Assembly (NCBI GenBank): GCA_951406725.2
Contig: OX597822.1
Coordinates: 18,414,001 to 18,478,000 of the forward strand
Length of the DNA: 64,000 nucleotides
From: Octopus vulgaris
Taxonomy: Eukaryota
Direction of reading: 5' to 3'
Below, piece by piece: positions 52,451 through 64,000 of the stretch (positions within the stretch are counted from its first letter, which is position 1; each line of letters begins with the position of its first letter). The notes under the pieces were generated by a model. That model did not search any database. It was given only the letters and a program-made list of their open reading frames with translations, and was not told where the DNA came from. The translations under genes were made by a program, and so were the position numbers.

Positions 52451-53002
52451 ATTAGATACAGATTGTGAATTGTAGAAACATTGATACAAAAGTGATTTGT
52501 AGCATAGAAACTTGGGTGTGGTTTTTAGGATGTCAAAGAAGTGCGCGCACACACACACATACACACACAGAAGAACAGTGTCTGTTAAACTTTTGATGAT
52601 GAAATTTTGCCTTCTTACAAAATGTCAAGAATAAACCACCCTCAATGACTAGATTTGTTTGCATAATCCTGTTAGACTTTCTTACACCTTGCTGAATAAC
52701 AATCTGTTTGTCTCAAAACAAGCAATGTATGAACAAAACCTCACTCAGAACCTCCCTTTCTACCCCTCTCTTTCTCCCTATCCCTCCCCCCCCCTCACTC
52801 CCACGCATGCACAGCCTCTTTTAGATGTATAAATACAAATACAGTTTTATCAAGGATGGAAACAAATGTGGGTGTATACGATTCTATATACATTTCCTAA
52901 CAATGAATTAGTAATCATTGATCTTCAACATTTCTTACTACTTCGCCCATTTAGAAGTATTTGAAGTGGATGTGTGGTAGTTCAACTTATAGCTTTAAAA
53001 AA

Positions 53003-54069
53003 TCATATCTATAAAAGGGAGGATGTGTGTGTACGTGTGTAGGTGATTGTAATTTATGCATGTCCACAAATTAGCACGCATGTCGCTCCAATTTTAGGAG
53101 GACATTTGTCAACACCCTATCTGGGTTTTGTCAACTTATCCACCCCCCACCCCCCGGGGCATCTGTGGATAGTGTAAATATCTATTTTCAGACGTAGCTT
53201 TTAGCCACAAAAAATATCAGCCTTAGCTTTTTTGATGGTGTCTAACAAAAAAATAAGATAAAGAAAAGTGGAAGAAGGAGGCAGAGAGTTTCATGGGAAA
53301 GACAAAGTGAGAGAGAGAAAGTTATGACATTCATAAAAAAATAAAATGTAAAATGTTTTGTTTTTGGTTTTTGAAAGACACTATATTTTATAATCATAAT
53401 ATATATACTTTCTCACACAACAATTACAATATATTTATTTTAAATCATTTATTTATTTTAAATCGTTCATCTTTCTCCCCCTTCTCTCTCTCACACACAT
53501 TACTTTGGGTGCGAAAGATTTTTGTTTTTATTTTACGCCGAGTAAAAAAGTGTTTTGTTGATAATCCATTTGTTTAACAACAAAGAAACAAAGAGGTGAG
53601 TAACAATTTGTCAGTGAATTACAAAATATAAATGGGTACAATTTGTGAGGCTCCCACCATACCCCACTCTGTTTCACAGACCACAAAAAGGGTTTTGAGG
53701 CCAGAGTAGTTGATTCCACGCAAAAAAACGATTTTTTTTCTTAGTGAAAATCGTGCGAGTGTTAATCTACAAATTTAACAACATTTTTTCCATTCATTTC
53801 TGTTTATGAACATGTATGTGTGCACAAAACATACAATAGGTGTACGTACGTACATGTGTGTATGTGTGTTCGTGTCTGTTGCCCATATATATTTATATTA
53901 TGTTATATATAAATAATATATATATAACAAATATATATATAATATAACTAATTTCAACGGATTTCGCCCAAATTTGACATCTATTTTACTTAGTTTGGTT
54001 TGAAATAAAGAACTTAATTAGCTTAATAATCGTAACTTAATCCCAGGCAAGGCCGGGTTATACTGCTAG
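53003..54069 (+). mobile_element. Non-autonomous Helitron
   Basis: A|TC start followed by ATAAAA and (GT)n. Sub-terminal GC hairpin CCCAGGCAAGGCCGGG (54042-54057) about 10 nt before CTAG|T. The 5' end is less certain than the 3' end. Confidence 0.7.
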
Positions 54070-54226
54070 TAACTAATAAAATCAAACTGCACACTTCAAA
54101 ACTTGCACTAAGAATAAGTACAAGGTAAAATTACTACTTTTTAGCAAATTGATGCAGGTAGTTTATCTCATTCCCCTCCAATTTTTAGTTCATGCAATTG
54201 AAAAAACTGCATTATGGGATGACCCA

Positions 54227-54640
54227 GGAGTGGCTGTGTGGTAAGAGGTGCAGGAGTGGCTGTGTGGTGAGAAGCTTGCTTCCAACCACATGGCTCTGGG
54301 TTCAGTTCCACTGTGTTGCACTTTGGGCAAGTGTCTTCTACTATATTCTCAGGCTGACCAAAGCTTTGTGAGTGGGTTTGGTAGATGGAAACTGAAAGAA
54401 GCCCATCGTATATGTGTGTGTGTGTGTAGGTATTCGTGTGTCTGTGCTTGTCCCCCCACCATTGCTTGATAACCAGTGTTGGTGTGTTTATGTCCCCTCG
54501 ACTTAGCGGTTCGGCAAAAGGGACTGATAGAATAAGTACTATACTTACAAAGAATTAAGTCCCAGGATTGACTTGTTCAACAAAAGACTGTGCTCCAGCA
54601 TGGCCACAGTCAAATGACTGAAACAAGTAAAAGAATAAAA
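54227..54640 (+). mobile_element. tRNA-derived SINE (family C) with duplicated 5' head
   Basis: CAGGAGTGGCTGTGTGGT occurs twice; body colinear with 45080-45470. Partial copies at ~56405, ~10575, ~29350 and ~39670. Confidence 0.85.
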
Positions 54641-55239
54641 GAAGATATATATATATATACACTCCAACACACATACATGTATATATGCATGAATGTATAT
54701 ATACACACACTTGCACATATAGATATATATGTATTCATATATATATATGAAAATACATACACGCAAACACATTCATGCATGTTTGTATGTATAGCACACA
54801 CATATTTATTAGATTGAATTAGTGCTTAAGCACTGTAAAAATATATCTCCTGAATTTCAGAGCTCAGTTGTTTATGATGCCATTAATCTCTTATGAATTG
54901 TTACTCCAGTGCAACTTCCATAACATGAATTAGTTTGCATAAAGTTAAAATTGGCTGAAACAAATGTTCAGTGCAGAATATTTAGACATGTTTATGTATA
55001 TGCAGACATGCAAATTGAATTTTTTTCACACTGAAATTAATGCTACATGAAGAAGGTTACAAAATGGCTGGAATCATATGGAAGTCATATGATTAAATAA
55101 ATCTATTTTCACCTCTCACACCTCCTGACTTGATGATTTATTTACTTCTCAAAGAATAATTTATTGATTGGATTTCCTGGAATTTTGAGTTACATGGTCA
55201 CTTTACATGGTCACTCTGTTTTGTAATTGATTACTAAGT

Positions 55240-55635
55240 GGACTGCCAGTCGAGTCTATTGGAGGATTTTACTGTAAGGATTCCCTGGATCCATATTCAC
55301 AGAGATTTAGGGACACCCTAATTGAGGAATTTGATGAGAAGCGGGAGGAACTACAAGCTTGTAACATAGAGGGCAACTGGAAATTCCTATGGAACAGCTT
55401 GTTGAATGCCACAGACCAAATCTGTGACTGGTGCAAAGTCCTGTCCTCACTGAGGGTGATGTGGTGGTGGAATGATGCTATACACAAGGCATTAGGGCAA
55501 AGAAACAGGCCTGGAAGAACTGGAAGTGTTGGGAGTAGAAGAGAATTGTATCAGATAGCTAGAAGGAAAGCCAGGGAAGTAGCAGAAAAGAAGAAGCTTG
55601 CCAATGTTCTGTGACTTGAGGACCAGAGACTCATA
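55240..55635 (+). mobile_element. RTE-clade LINE internal fragment
   Basis: NATDQICDWCKV..VMWWWNDAI..ELYQIARRKA, homologous to 51463-51690. Confidence 0.8.
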
Positions 55636-56584
55636 TGAAAGTTCCAGACAAAGAAATTCACAGTTTATAAGGAATAAAATAGAAGAATAAAGAGTAAAAG
55701 TAGATGGAATAATACAGACAGGATATGGAGGTTGGTCTCTACTTCTGTAAAGGTATAGGCCTTTAGGCATAATCCCAGGTAGATCCAGGTAGTATCTTGG
55801 CAATGTTTTGAATGATGTGTTAATGTTGATTAAGTGGTTAGTTAGTATGTAAATGGTCCACATGGGCACAGAGGGTGAGAAAGACAGACATCAAGACAGA
55901 CAGAAGTGAGTTGTGAGTGAATGGATAGAAAGGAGAGGAGAAATAGAGAAAAGAAGGAGAGAGTGCTAAAAGAGAGAAAAAACAGGAAGGAATAGGTGTG
56001 GGGAAAGAATGAATGAGAGCAAAAGTAAAGTAAAATAAAAAAGAAAAAGAATTAAGATAGAGGTAAGATGCCAGTCTTATTCTGTGTTGGTTCAGGGAGA
56101 GAGGTCAGGCATTAAAGTGTTAGTGAAATGGAGGAGGAGGGTATTTATATCTATTAATTAAATAGATGAAGTGTGGTCAGTGGTCAGTAGAGATGGCTAA
56201 AAATAGATACCTAGCTTAAGTGGGTATATATAGGATCAAACTACAATTAAATAAAGGATACAAATTAAAGAATTAAAATTTAAAGTTAAAAGTTAAATGA
56301 AATTTAAGAATTAAAACATCAAAAAGAATTAAAGCTAGCTAGTTTTTTAGATACTTATATTGATAGAGAAGAAAAGGAAAGGGAAAATATATATATTTTA
56401 CCAGGCGTAGGAGTGGCTGTGAGGTAAGTAGCCACTTGGTTCCAGGTTCAGTCTCACCGCATGGCACCTTGGGTAAGTGTCTTCTGCTATAGTCTTGGGC
56501 CAACCAAAGCCTTGTGAGTGGATTTGGTAGACAGAAACTGAAAGAAGCCCGTTGTATATATATGTATGTGTGTGTGTATATGTT

Positions 56585-57345
56585 TGCACAACATTCCCAA
56601 ACATTCTAGAAGGATCAGAATTCCTCTTCAAAGAGGGACAAAAATTCAAAATCAAATCTAATTTTACTTGTGCTTCAGAAAACCTAATTTATGTCATAAG
56701 ATGCTTGGGATGCCACCAAAACTACATAGGGTCCAAGAGATTATTGCTCAGACACAGATGCACTCTGCATCAACAGCAGATTGCATTCCCAGAATACAGA
56801 ATGATACCCTTTAGTGAACATATTGAGAAATGCGCAAAGCAACTACTACCACAATTTATAATCTTTCCATTCTGTCAATGTGCCATTGGAACACCAACAC
56901 AAATTAGATTAAACAAAGAAACCTTCTTCATTGAAAAATATAAGCTGAAACTTAACCACTTCTAACAATTTTAAATAAGGAAACTCACCTCATTGAAAAA
57001 AATATAAAGCAAAACCTAACCACATTCTATTCCTTGTAAATTAAATCATATTTAATTAGTCATTCCCAACATGTTTGATTATCTCTCTTATACCGGAAAG
57101 AATCCCTGATTACCTTCCCCTGCCTGGAACTCCATGTTTCACAACATAGCGAAGACATGACGCGATGTAGGTAAAGAAATTCGAGAAATTTAAAAAGAAA
57201 ATACGAAACCGGTTATTTCTCCAAAAACTATGTTACTATATACAAAATTTTATCACATTTTTCTAACATGATGACTTAAATATATTCTTTAACCATATAA
57301 CACAAGCCTTCTGTAGTTTTTTCACTCTTTTTTGTTTTATTTATA
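56585..57345 (+). mobile_element. Penelope-like (Neptune-type) GIY-YIG 3' fragment plus pseudo-LTR
   Basis: FTCASENLIYVIRCLGCHQNYIG..LRHRCTLHQQQI..FSEHIEKC..RLNKETFFIEKYKLKLN, with a degenerate hammerhead at 57183-57221. Confidence 0.8.
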
Positions 57346-57372
57346 TATATCATCATCATCATCATCATCATC

Positions 57373-57509
57373 GTTTAACGTCCGCTTTCCATGCTAGCAT
57401 GGGTTGGACGGTTCAACTGGGGTCTGGCAAGCCCGAAGGCTGCACCAGGCCAGTCAGATCTGGCAGTGTTTCTACAGCTGGATGCCCTAGAAACACTGCC
57501 AGATCTGAC
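57373..57509 (-). mobile_element. Short family D tail terminating in a perfect fold-back
   Basis: Tail sequence breaks at GGATGCCC and continues as the reverse complement of its own preceding 22 nt. Confidence 0.85.
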
Positions 57510-57511
57510 AG

Positions 57512-57543
<32 letters not shown>

Positions 57544-57599
57544 TACGTATACATATATATATATATACACATATATATATGTATATATGTATGTTTCCC

Positions 57600-57895
57600 T
57601 ATTACACCACCCCATATGGATGTATCACACCCTCCATGTACACCTCTAAATGGAAACTTTACCTGTTATTGTGGTTTTGTAGCACGAAGCAAAGCAGACC
57701 TTGCCCTCCATTCAGGAAAACACACAGTGAATGATCCACAAACACTCAAGCAAACTGAGTTCTCAAATTGTTCCATTTGCCGAAATGTTTGCAAGGCACC
57801 AGCAGGCCTCAAGAGATACATCCATGTCCATAGAACATGATCTACACTTTATTTTACTGAACCCTCATTGTTCGTTCACAACAAGAGAATCCATC
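57600..57895 (+). mobile_element. RTE/BovB-type C-terminal zinc-finger remnant
   Basis: FTCYCGFVARSKADLALHSGKH...CSICRNVCKAPAGLKRYIHVHRT*. No splice signals; resembles RTE ORF ends. Confidence 0.5.
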
Positions 57896-59516
57896 ATACA
57901 TGTATGTATATAACTGTGTGTGAGTAGGTTTGTGTCCTTGTTTTGATATCACTTGAGAGCTGTTAGTTTTACTGTCATACAAGCATGTTATTTATTTCCA
58001 ATATTCTGTGAGATCATGTCTGGCCTTGGGGAAATATTACCTTGCTTGGAAACAATTGAGGATTTTGTATAGCACCAGGCCATACAAAACTCCTTCAGAT
58101 AGACTGTGTCCGACCCATGCAAACATGGAAAAGTGAACTTTAATATGATGATGATGATGGAGAACAATAATGGGGAACAAAAAATAAGGACAAGAGTTAC
58201 CAAAGAGTAAAATGAAAGAAATAACCCAGAGTAAATATTATCAAATGTTACCCTTCAAAGCAGTGCTCCAGCATGACCACAGTCCAGTAACTGAAACAAG
58301 TAAATGAGTCAAAGATTCAATGAATAATTCTAACAGTATTGCAGCTTCTTACATAGTGACCTCCTCACATAACCCACTTCTGGAGTGCTCAGCTTTGTTT
58401 CAATTACTTTATATTTTAATATAATATTTCCCATATATCAGTTTATATTGCCAAAGCTGTTTACTAAATGTGCAACACATTCGAAAGCGTATATATAATT
58501 ATCCACTTAAAATAAGACCAACATTGACAAATACTAATACCAATCAAGCTTTCTTGAACCATTTAGAAAACAAAAATAAAAATATAAAATTTTAATGAAT
58601 GAATATATAAAGTTAAATAACACTTTAAAAAAAAATTGTATTTCCATTTCTTGGATTATATTGGATTATAAATCTTCTGTAAATCCTTCTCTAAGACTAT
58701 TTATTACTTTATAAATATTGTGTTGTTTGATGAAATGTGAGTTTTGATGCCAGGAAGATTATCATTCAAAATAAACGAAACTTGCTTTTCTTTTTTCCCC
58801 TGTTCTCATTTTTGTAGTTTGTTTATTTTGCCATTATTTTAATAAATTTATATACATATGTGTGTATATGCGTATGTGTGTGTGTATATATATACATATA
58901 TATATACACACGCATGCATATATCCACACACACACACATACATTTACGTGTATTTGCTTTGTATTTTGTTTGTATTTCCCATGAGATTACAAGTCAAAAT
59001 CTCCATCCTATGAAAGTCTCCTGTTGTTTTTACAACGATGAGATTAAGAATTTCAACTGGTCAAATAATTACCATTTATCTACTTAGAATTAATTGACCT
59101 CCAGATTTGATAGATCAAATGTTCTATTTGCAATAATTTATGAGGTCACCACTTTTATGAAATCTCTTTCCACTTCTTTGCACTAAATGTCTTCAGTTTT
59201 GCTCTCCAAGAAGAAATTCTTCTTGAGATTGTTTATTTAGTTCAAACAACACAATTTATTTCATATGACAACACATGACCAAAATTTCTAAGTTGTTTGT
59301 CTATAATTTCCAAGTCTTTCATTTATCTATTTGTTTATTCATTTTTTTATAGTTCTGTGAAAGAACTTTGCCAATTGACACCTTTCACTTGCTTTTTTTT
59401 TTTTTTCCTATTCTGACAGAAGAAAGAAAATAAAAATTGTTTATTTACTTCAGAATTGTTTGTTTACTTCTGTATCAATTTCTAAAAGCATAACTGCAAG
59501 CTGTTGTTGCTGGACA

Positions 59517-59518
59517 AA

Positions 59519-59600
<82 letters not shown>

Positions 59601-59625
59601 TTAATAATAATGATAATAATAATAA
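59517..59625. repeat. (TAA)n microsatellite
   Basis: Seen directly. Confidence 0.95.
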
Positions 59626-59934
59626 ATAAATAAAACAAAATAAGAAAGAATGCCAGACAGAAAAAAATAATTGTAAGAGATTAATAAACCTCATAGATTA
59701 TCGAAGTTAATCCTCAAATCTATTCTTTCAATGATACTATAATACCAATACTACTACTACTACTACTACTAATAATAATAATAATGGTTTCAAATTTTGA
59801 CACAAGGCCAGCAAGTGTGGGGGAAGTAACTCCCAGTACTTGACTGGTACTTTATTTTACCAACCGCAAAAGTATAAAAGGTTACGTCAAACCTTGGTGG
59901 AATTTGAACTCGGGGACAAAGAGCTCTCTCAGCT

Positions 59935-60334
59935 CATGGCCTTTAATCGTCTCTCAATGGCTGATAATATGTGCATCTCAAGTCTTGAACTGGAGATGTG
60001 GAGGAGCATCATAGCTATGTGTTGAGAGGAATTCTTTAGGCTTTGAATAATTCACCACTGGAAACCTGGGTGTTTCATCCATCATTTTTAAACAAACCTT
60101 ATTCAGGGACCTTTTGAGCAGGATGGGCTACTCGACCAGAAGAAAATTCTAACTAGGCCCCACCAACGAGTCCATGCCCTATTTATCTTGGTATGAGTTC
60201 ACCATGTCACACACACATGGTTATGGTGCTTGTAACTGTTGTACCCTTGTCAGACAGGCAGCCATGACAGGTATATTGGGCTTCATACATCTGTACCCCA
60301 GTGTCACTTCGATGGCAAGCAATGCTCTCACTCA
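59935..60334 (+). mobile_element. Family A repeat, diverged copy in opposite orientation
   Basis: Reverse complement of 2401-2790; ends GCTCTCACTCATTAATAATAAC. Confidence 0.8.
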
Positions 60335-60383
60335 TTAATAATAACAATATTTCTGCTTCGCTAAGGTAGAGGTAATAATAATT

Positions 60384-60660
60384 ATGATGAAGAAAGCAAC
60401 TGCCATCCCAGTAGTTGTAGGGGCTCTGGGAGGAGCATTAACAACCAGATTTGAGAAACTTGTTGGAGAAATTTGGATTGACATGAGGGTGGAACATACT
60501 CAGAAACTGTTTTATTGGGGTCAGCAAGGAATTGGTGCTCAGATGTTAAGTATTATGGAAGGGGACCCTTTGACAATAGTTTGTTGTCTGCTCTTTGAGA
60601 ATTAGCTGAAGGAAGAGAAATCAAGACTCTGAGAAGTGAAATGGAAATAATAATAAAGTA
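60384..60660 (+). mobile_element. R4/Dong-like RLE extreme 3' remnant
   Basis: AIPVVVGALGG..FEKLVGEI.IDMRVEHTQK matches the RLE C-terminus. Bounded by short (TAA) runs. Confidence 0.7.
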
Positions 60661-61974
60661 TCCTCGAGCAATATAAGGCATGGAATTCATTCCATGTAAA
60701 AGAGAATAGCATTCCTGCTGTAGGAAAAAATATTCCAGATTTACAGACCAAGACAACTAAGAATTGATACAATCATCAAAGAGACATTGTCAGTAAGCTT
60801 ATCACTATCATATGAGGCATTCTTTATCCACACTGTAACAATTCCTCCGTCTGCCATGCAAAACAGATGCAACATATCTGACAGACTTCCACACAGATTT
60901 CATCCGATTTTACTCACAAGGGGACTTGAGTAAATGGTACCAGATAATTGCCCAAGATTCTATAAAGTGAGATAAAACAAATTTCCCCCTCCCAGGCCCT
61001 GAACTAACCATTATATCCAATCCTTGCTCCCTAGAACATTGTCCTTCTGGAATCTCTTCCTTCTGACATCTTCCTTATATTTTTCCCACTGGAGCTGAAT
61101 TGCATCATTTTAAAATGGAACATTCTTTGCACCCATCACATTAGTCTTAGATGATCTACAAAAACCATGGGCCCTGCCCCTTCCTCCCTTAAAACTCTGT
61201 GACTGCAAAGTGAACCTCTTAATTACACAAACAATATTACATAGAGACATATTTGAAGATTTTGCACAGTACTCTTAAGAATACACATGAAATATGGAAC
61301 ATTAAAAATAGCATGTCAGCAAAATTGTCGCCATCAGCTTGTTCTTTTTTAATAAGAAATGATGATACTTAGAATTAATGTCAAATAATGTGCATAGAAA
61401 CACACACACACACACACACACGTGTGTGTGTGTGTAATAAAAATACTGAGAATTAATGTCAAATAGATCCATATTAGATATATAATGCAAATAACAAGAC
61501 TTAATGTCACTTAACTAGTTTACTCTGCTCTACATATTTAAATAAACACAATTTTAGTGAGACACAGATATGTGTTGTTATTTTTTTATCACTGAGAAGT
61601 TGTACGTCAGCAAGCTTAAGGAATTATGTTTGACAAAAACTGCAGAAATTCTAAATAGATTAATGTGCTGCACATCTGAATGACTAGCATTCTAAAACCA
61701 ACACTTGTTATTGCTATCCATTTGGCTTTAGGACTAAACAACAGATCAAGCAAAGACATTCCAACCATGACCATCTCTTTAAATTATTTATTTGACTATA
61801 TTTGTTTGTTTTGGTGATTGGCTTTCTCAGACCATATTATCCAGTGTTGCCTTTTCTTTTTGTTTAAATAATGTGACTTGAAGAGAAATTGGCTGCTACT
61901 TTTGACAGTTCAAGCCACCTTATAGAATCAGTCTTTTTTTGAGTATTGTATTAGATTGCAAGGCTGGATTCAAC

Positions 61975-62550
61975 TCTGTGAGGCCCAACATTCGAAGGTC
62001 ATGCCTCACCACCTCATCCCAGGTCTTTTTGGGTCTACCTCTTCCACAGGTTCCCTCTATTGCTAGGGTGTGACACTTTTTCACACAGCTGTCCTCATCC
62101 ATATGCATCACATAACCATACCAGCACAGTCGTCTCTCTTGCTCACCACATCTGATGCTTCTTATGTCCAACTTTTCCCTCAGGGTGCTTACACTCTGTC
62201 ATGTATGCACACTGACATTACACATCCAGCGGGGCATGCTAACTTCATTCCTTGCAAGCGTATGCATGTCCTCAGCAGTCACAGCCCATGTTTCACTGCC
62301 ATATAGCATGGCTGTTTGCGCACATGCGTCATACAATCTACCTTTTACTCTGAGCGAGAGGCCCTTTGTCACCAGCAGAGGTAAGATCCCTCTGAACTTT
62401 CTCCAGGCTATTCTTATTCTAGCAGCTACACTCTCAGGGCATCCACCCCTGCTACTGACTTGGTCACCTAGGTAACGGAAGCTATCAGCTACTTCTAGTT
62501 TTTTCCTCCGGGCATGTGACAGAAGCTGTTTTCTGCACATTTTCAGTATT
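61975..62550 (-). mobile_element. RTE-clade LINE 3' fragment
   Basis: FRYLGDQVSSRGGC..RIAWRKFR..YGSETWAV..RLCWYGYVM..GRGRPKKTWDEVV. Confidence 0.9.
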
Positions 62551-63061
62551 TATTACCACAACCCTATATAAGGCCCTCTGAAGCTAGTGGGTAGGAGAAA
62601 GGTCTCCTCGAACTGGAATCTTGGATTGAATACTTGCAGTGGAGTGCATTCGGCTAAAGGCACCCAAGGTACTTGATGGTGGTGTTTAATTAGATGATCA
62701 ATCAAGGCAGCCATCACAAGATTTGAACTCAGAAGGCCAAGAATCAAAAATATTGTCAGGTGTCCAGTTTGAGGAACTTAGAATTCACTCCTTACCTCCT
62801 GGATTTATACTTTTTTTTTATTATTTCAATGCTGAAAGGATGAACTAAAAAGTTGATTTCAGCAGGATTGAGTAGAAGAGATTTTGGCACCACTGGTTTG
62901 GCATTGCCTTTTTGACATCACTTATTCAATACTGACTTACTTGACATCAGATATTTTAATGATTCTTTCATTCTCTCTCTCTTTTCCTTCACCCTCTCTT
63001 TACTTCCATCCCTCCCACTCTCTCTCTTTCTGTAAAGATATATATATATATATATATATAT

Positions 63062-63500
63062 GTGATGGCCATCCACTTGTGGCTGAGGAAGATCATTGCT
63101 GACCTTCAGGAATATTGTGCACTCTAGGACTAACTTATATTTTGCATTTGCAGCTCCATTGGTGGCTAATGAGCCCTGCTCTTTACAAGCATACACGACT
63201 GCAAACATTGCAAACCAAGCTTTCCCCATTCACTCCACCAGCAGTTGTGCTTTCAAGCAGCACACTTAAGTTCATCATGCAGAATACATGCTCTCTCAAA
63301 AGTGTCGAATTCTCCCCACCCACTTTAACCAGCTTCTTCCATCTGTGATGATGTCAGGCATTGCTCTCCCGGTTAGTCTCCAGCATATCACAGGCCTTTA
63401 ATGAGAACTTGATACAGTCCTTAAAGCGCAGCCTTGGTTTCTGCCGGGGTCTCTTTCCATTCACAAGTTTCCCATCTAGCATCCATCTAATTCTATAAAC
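63062..63500 (-). mobile_element. RTE/BovB-like 3' remnant
   Basis: MLDGKLVNGKRPRQKPRLRFKDCIKFSLKAC and a degenerate C-terminal finger. Confidence 0.65.
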
Positions 63501-64000
63501 ACATGCATGTTTCTTTGTGTTTACCTCCAGTATCAAGAAGTACTGTCACCAAAAAGAGCTCAGTTTCCTGGCATCCAGAAATCCATGCACAAATGTTTCA
63601 TTGTGAGCAGGATTTGAGCTCAGGACACAAAGTATGAAATGTTTTCTCCAATAAGAAGAAAGAGGAATGTGTATATATGTGGCCATTAGAAAGCAGATCA
63701 GTTAAAGAGCAGCATCGAAAGCTTTCTGCAGGATCTGTGTTGTTAGTCCCAAATGCCTGAAATATGGGAAATGAGGATTTTAAATGAAAGTTTATTTTTA
63801 TTATTATTATCTTAAAGTATCAATAATTGTTTAGCCATTCTGATATCTGTTTTCTCACTTTGACTATCAATTTAATTATTTTGTATGTGTGTGTGCGTGC
63901 GTGCGTACTCATTTATATAAACATACATATATATATAAACACACACACATATATGTAAACACGCGTACACACATAGACAAATGTGTGTATGTATAGTTAT

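Noticed and set aside
57600-57840. Host C2H2 zinc-finger gene exon
   Set aside because: No TGEKP linkers or splice sites, degenerate ligands; better explained as an RTE C-terminal remnant.

Overview
Eukaryotic, AT-rich, repeat-dominated intronic or intergenic DNA. The SINE repertoire and microsatellite density suggest an octopus/cephalopod genome; this is an inference. No complete host gene is visible. Most short ORFs in the track are microsatellite artefacts or transposon fragments. Recognisable content: a 2.65-kb 5'-truncated R4/Dong-like RLE retrotransposon inserted in (TAA)n, plus three older Dong fragments; many RTE-clade LINE fragments; a young CR1 3' fragment; several SINE families; mariner pieces including a fold-back derivative; a Helitron-type and a Helentron-type non-autonomous element; and at least four Penelope-like (GIY-YIG) remnants. 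The most interesting signals are RNA-level. A complete-looking type I hammerhead ribozyme (minus strand, 41177-41269) lies downstream of an uninterrupted GIY-YIG ORF. Three further degenerate hammerhead motifs occur, one in the loop of a long fold-back element. A ~555-bp non-coding repeat sits next to a Dong fragment in all four copies and is a candidate Dong-mobilised SINE. There are several snap-back hairpins and one good candidate 45-nt host micro-exon. All calls are by eye; boundaries are approximate unless a junction is quoted.
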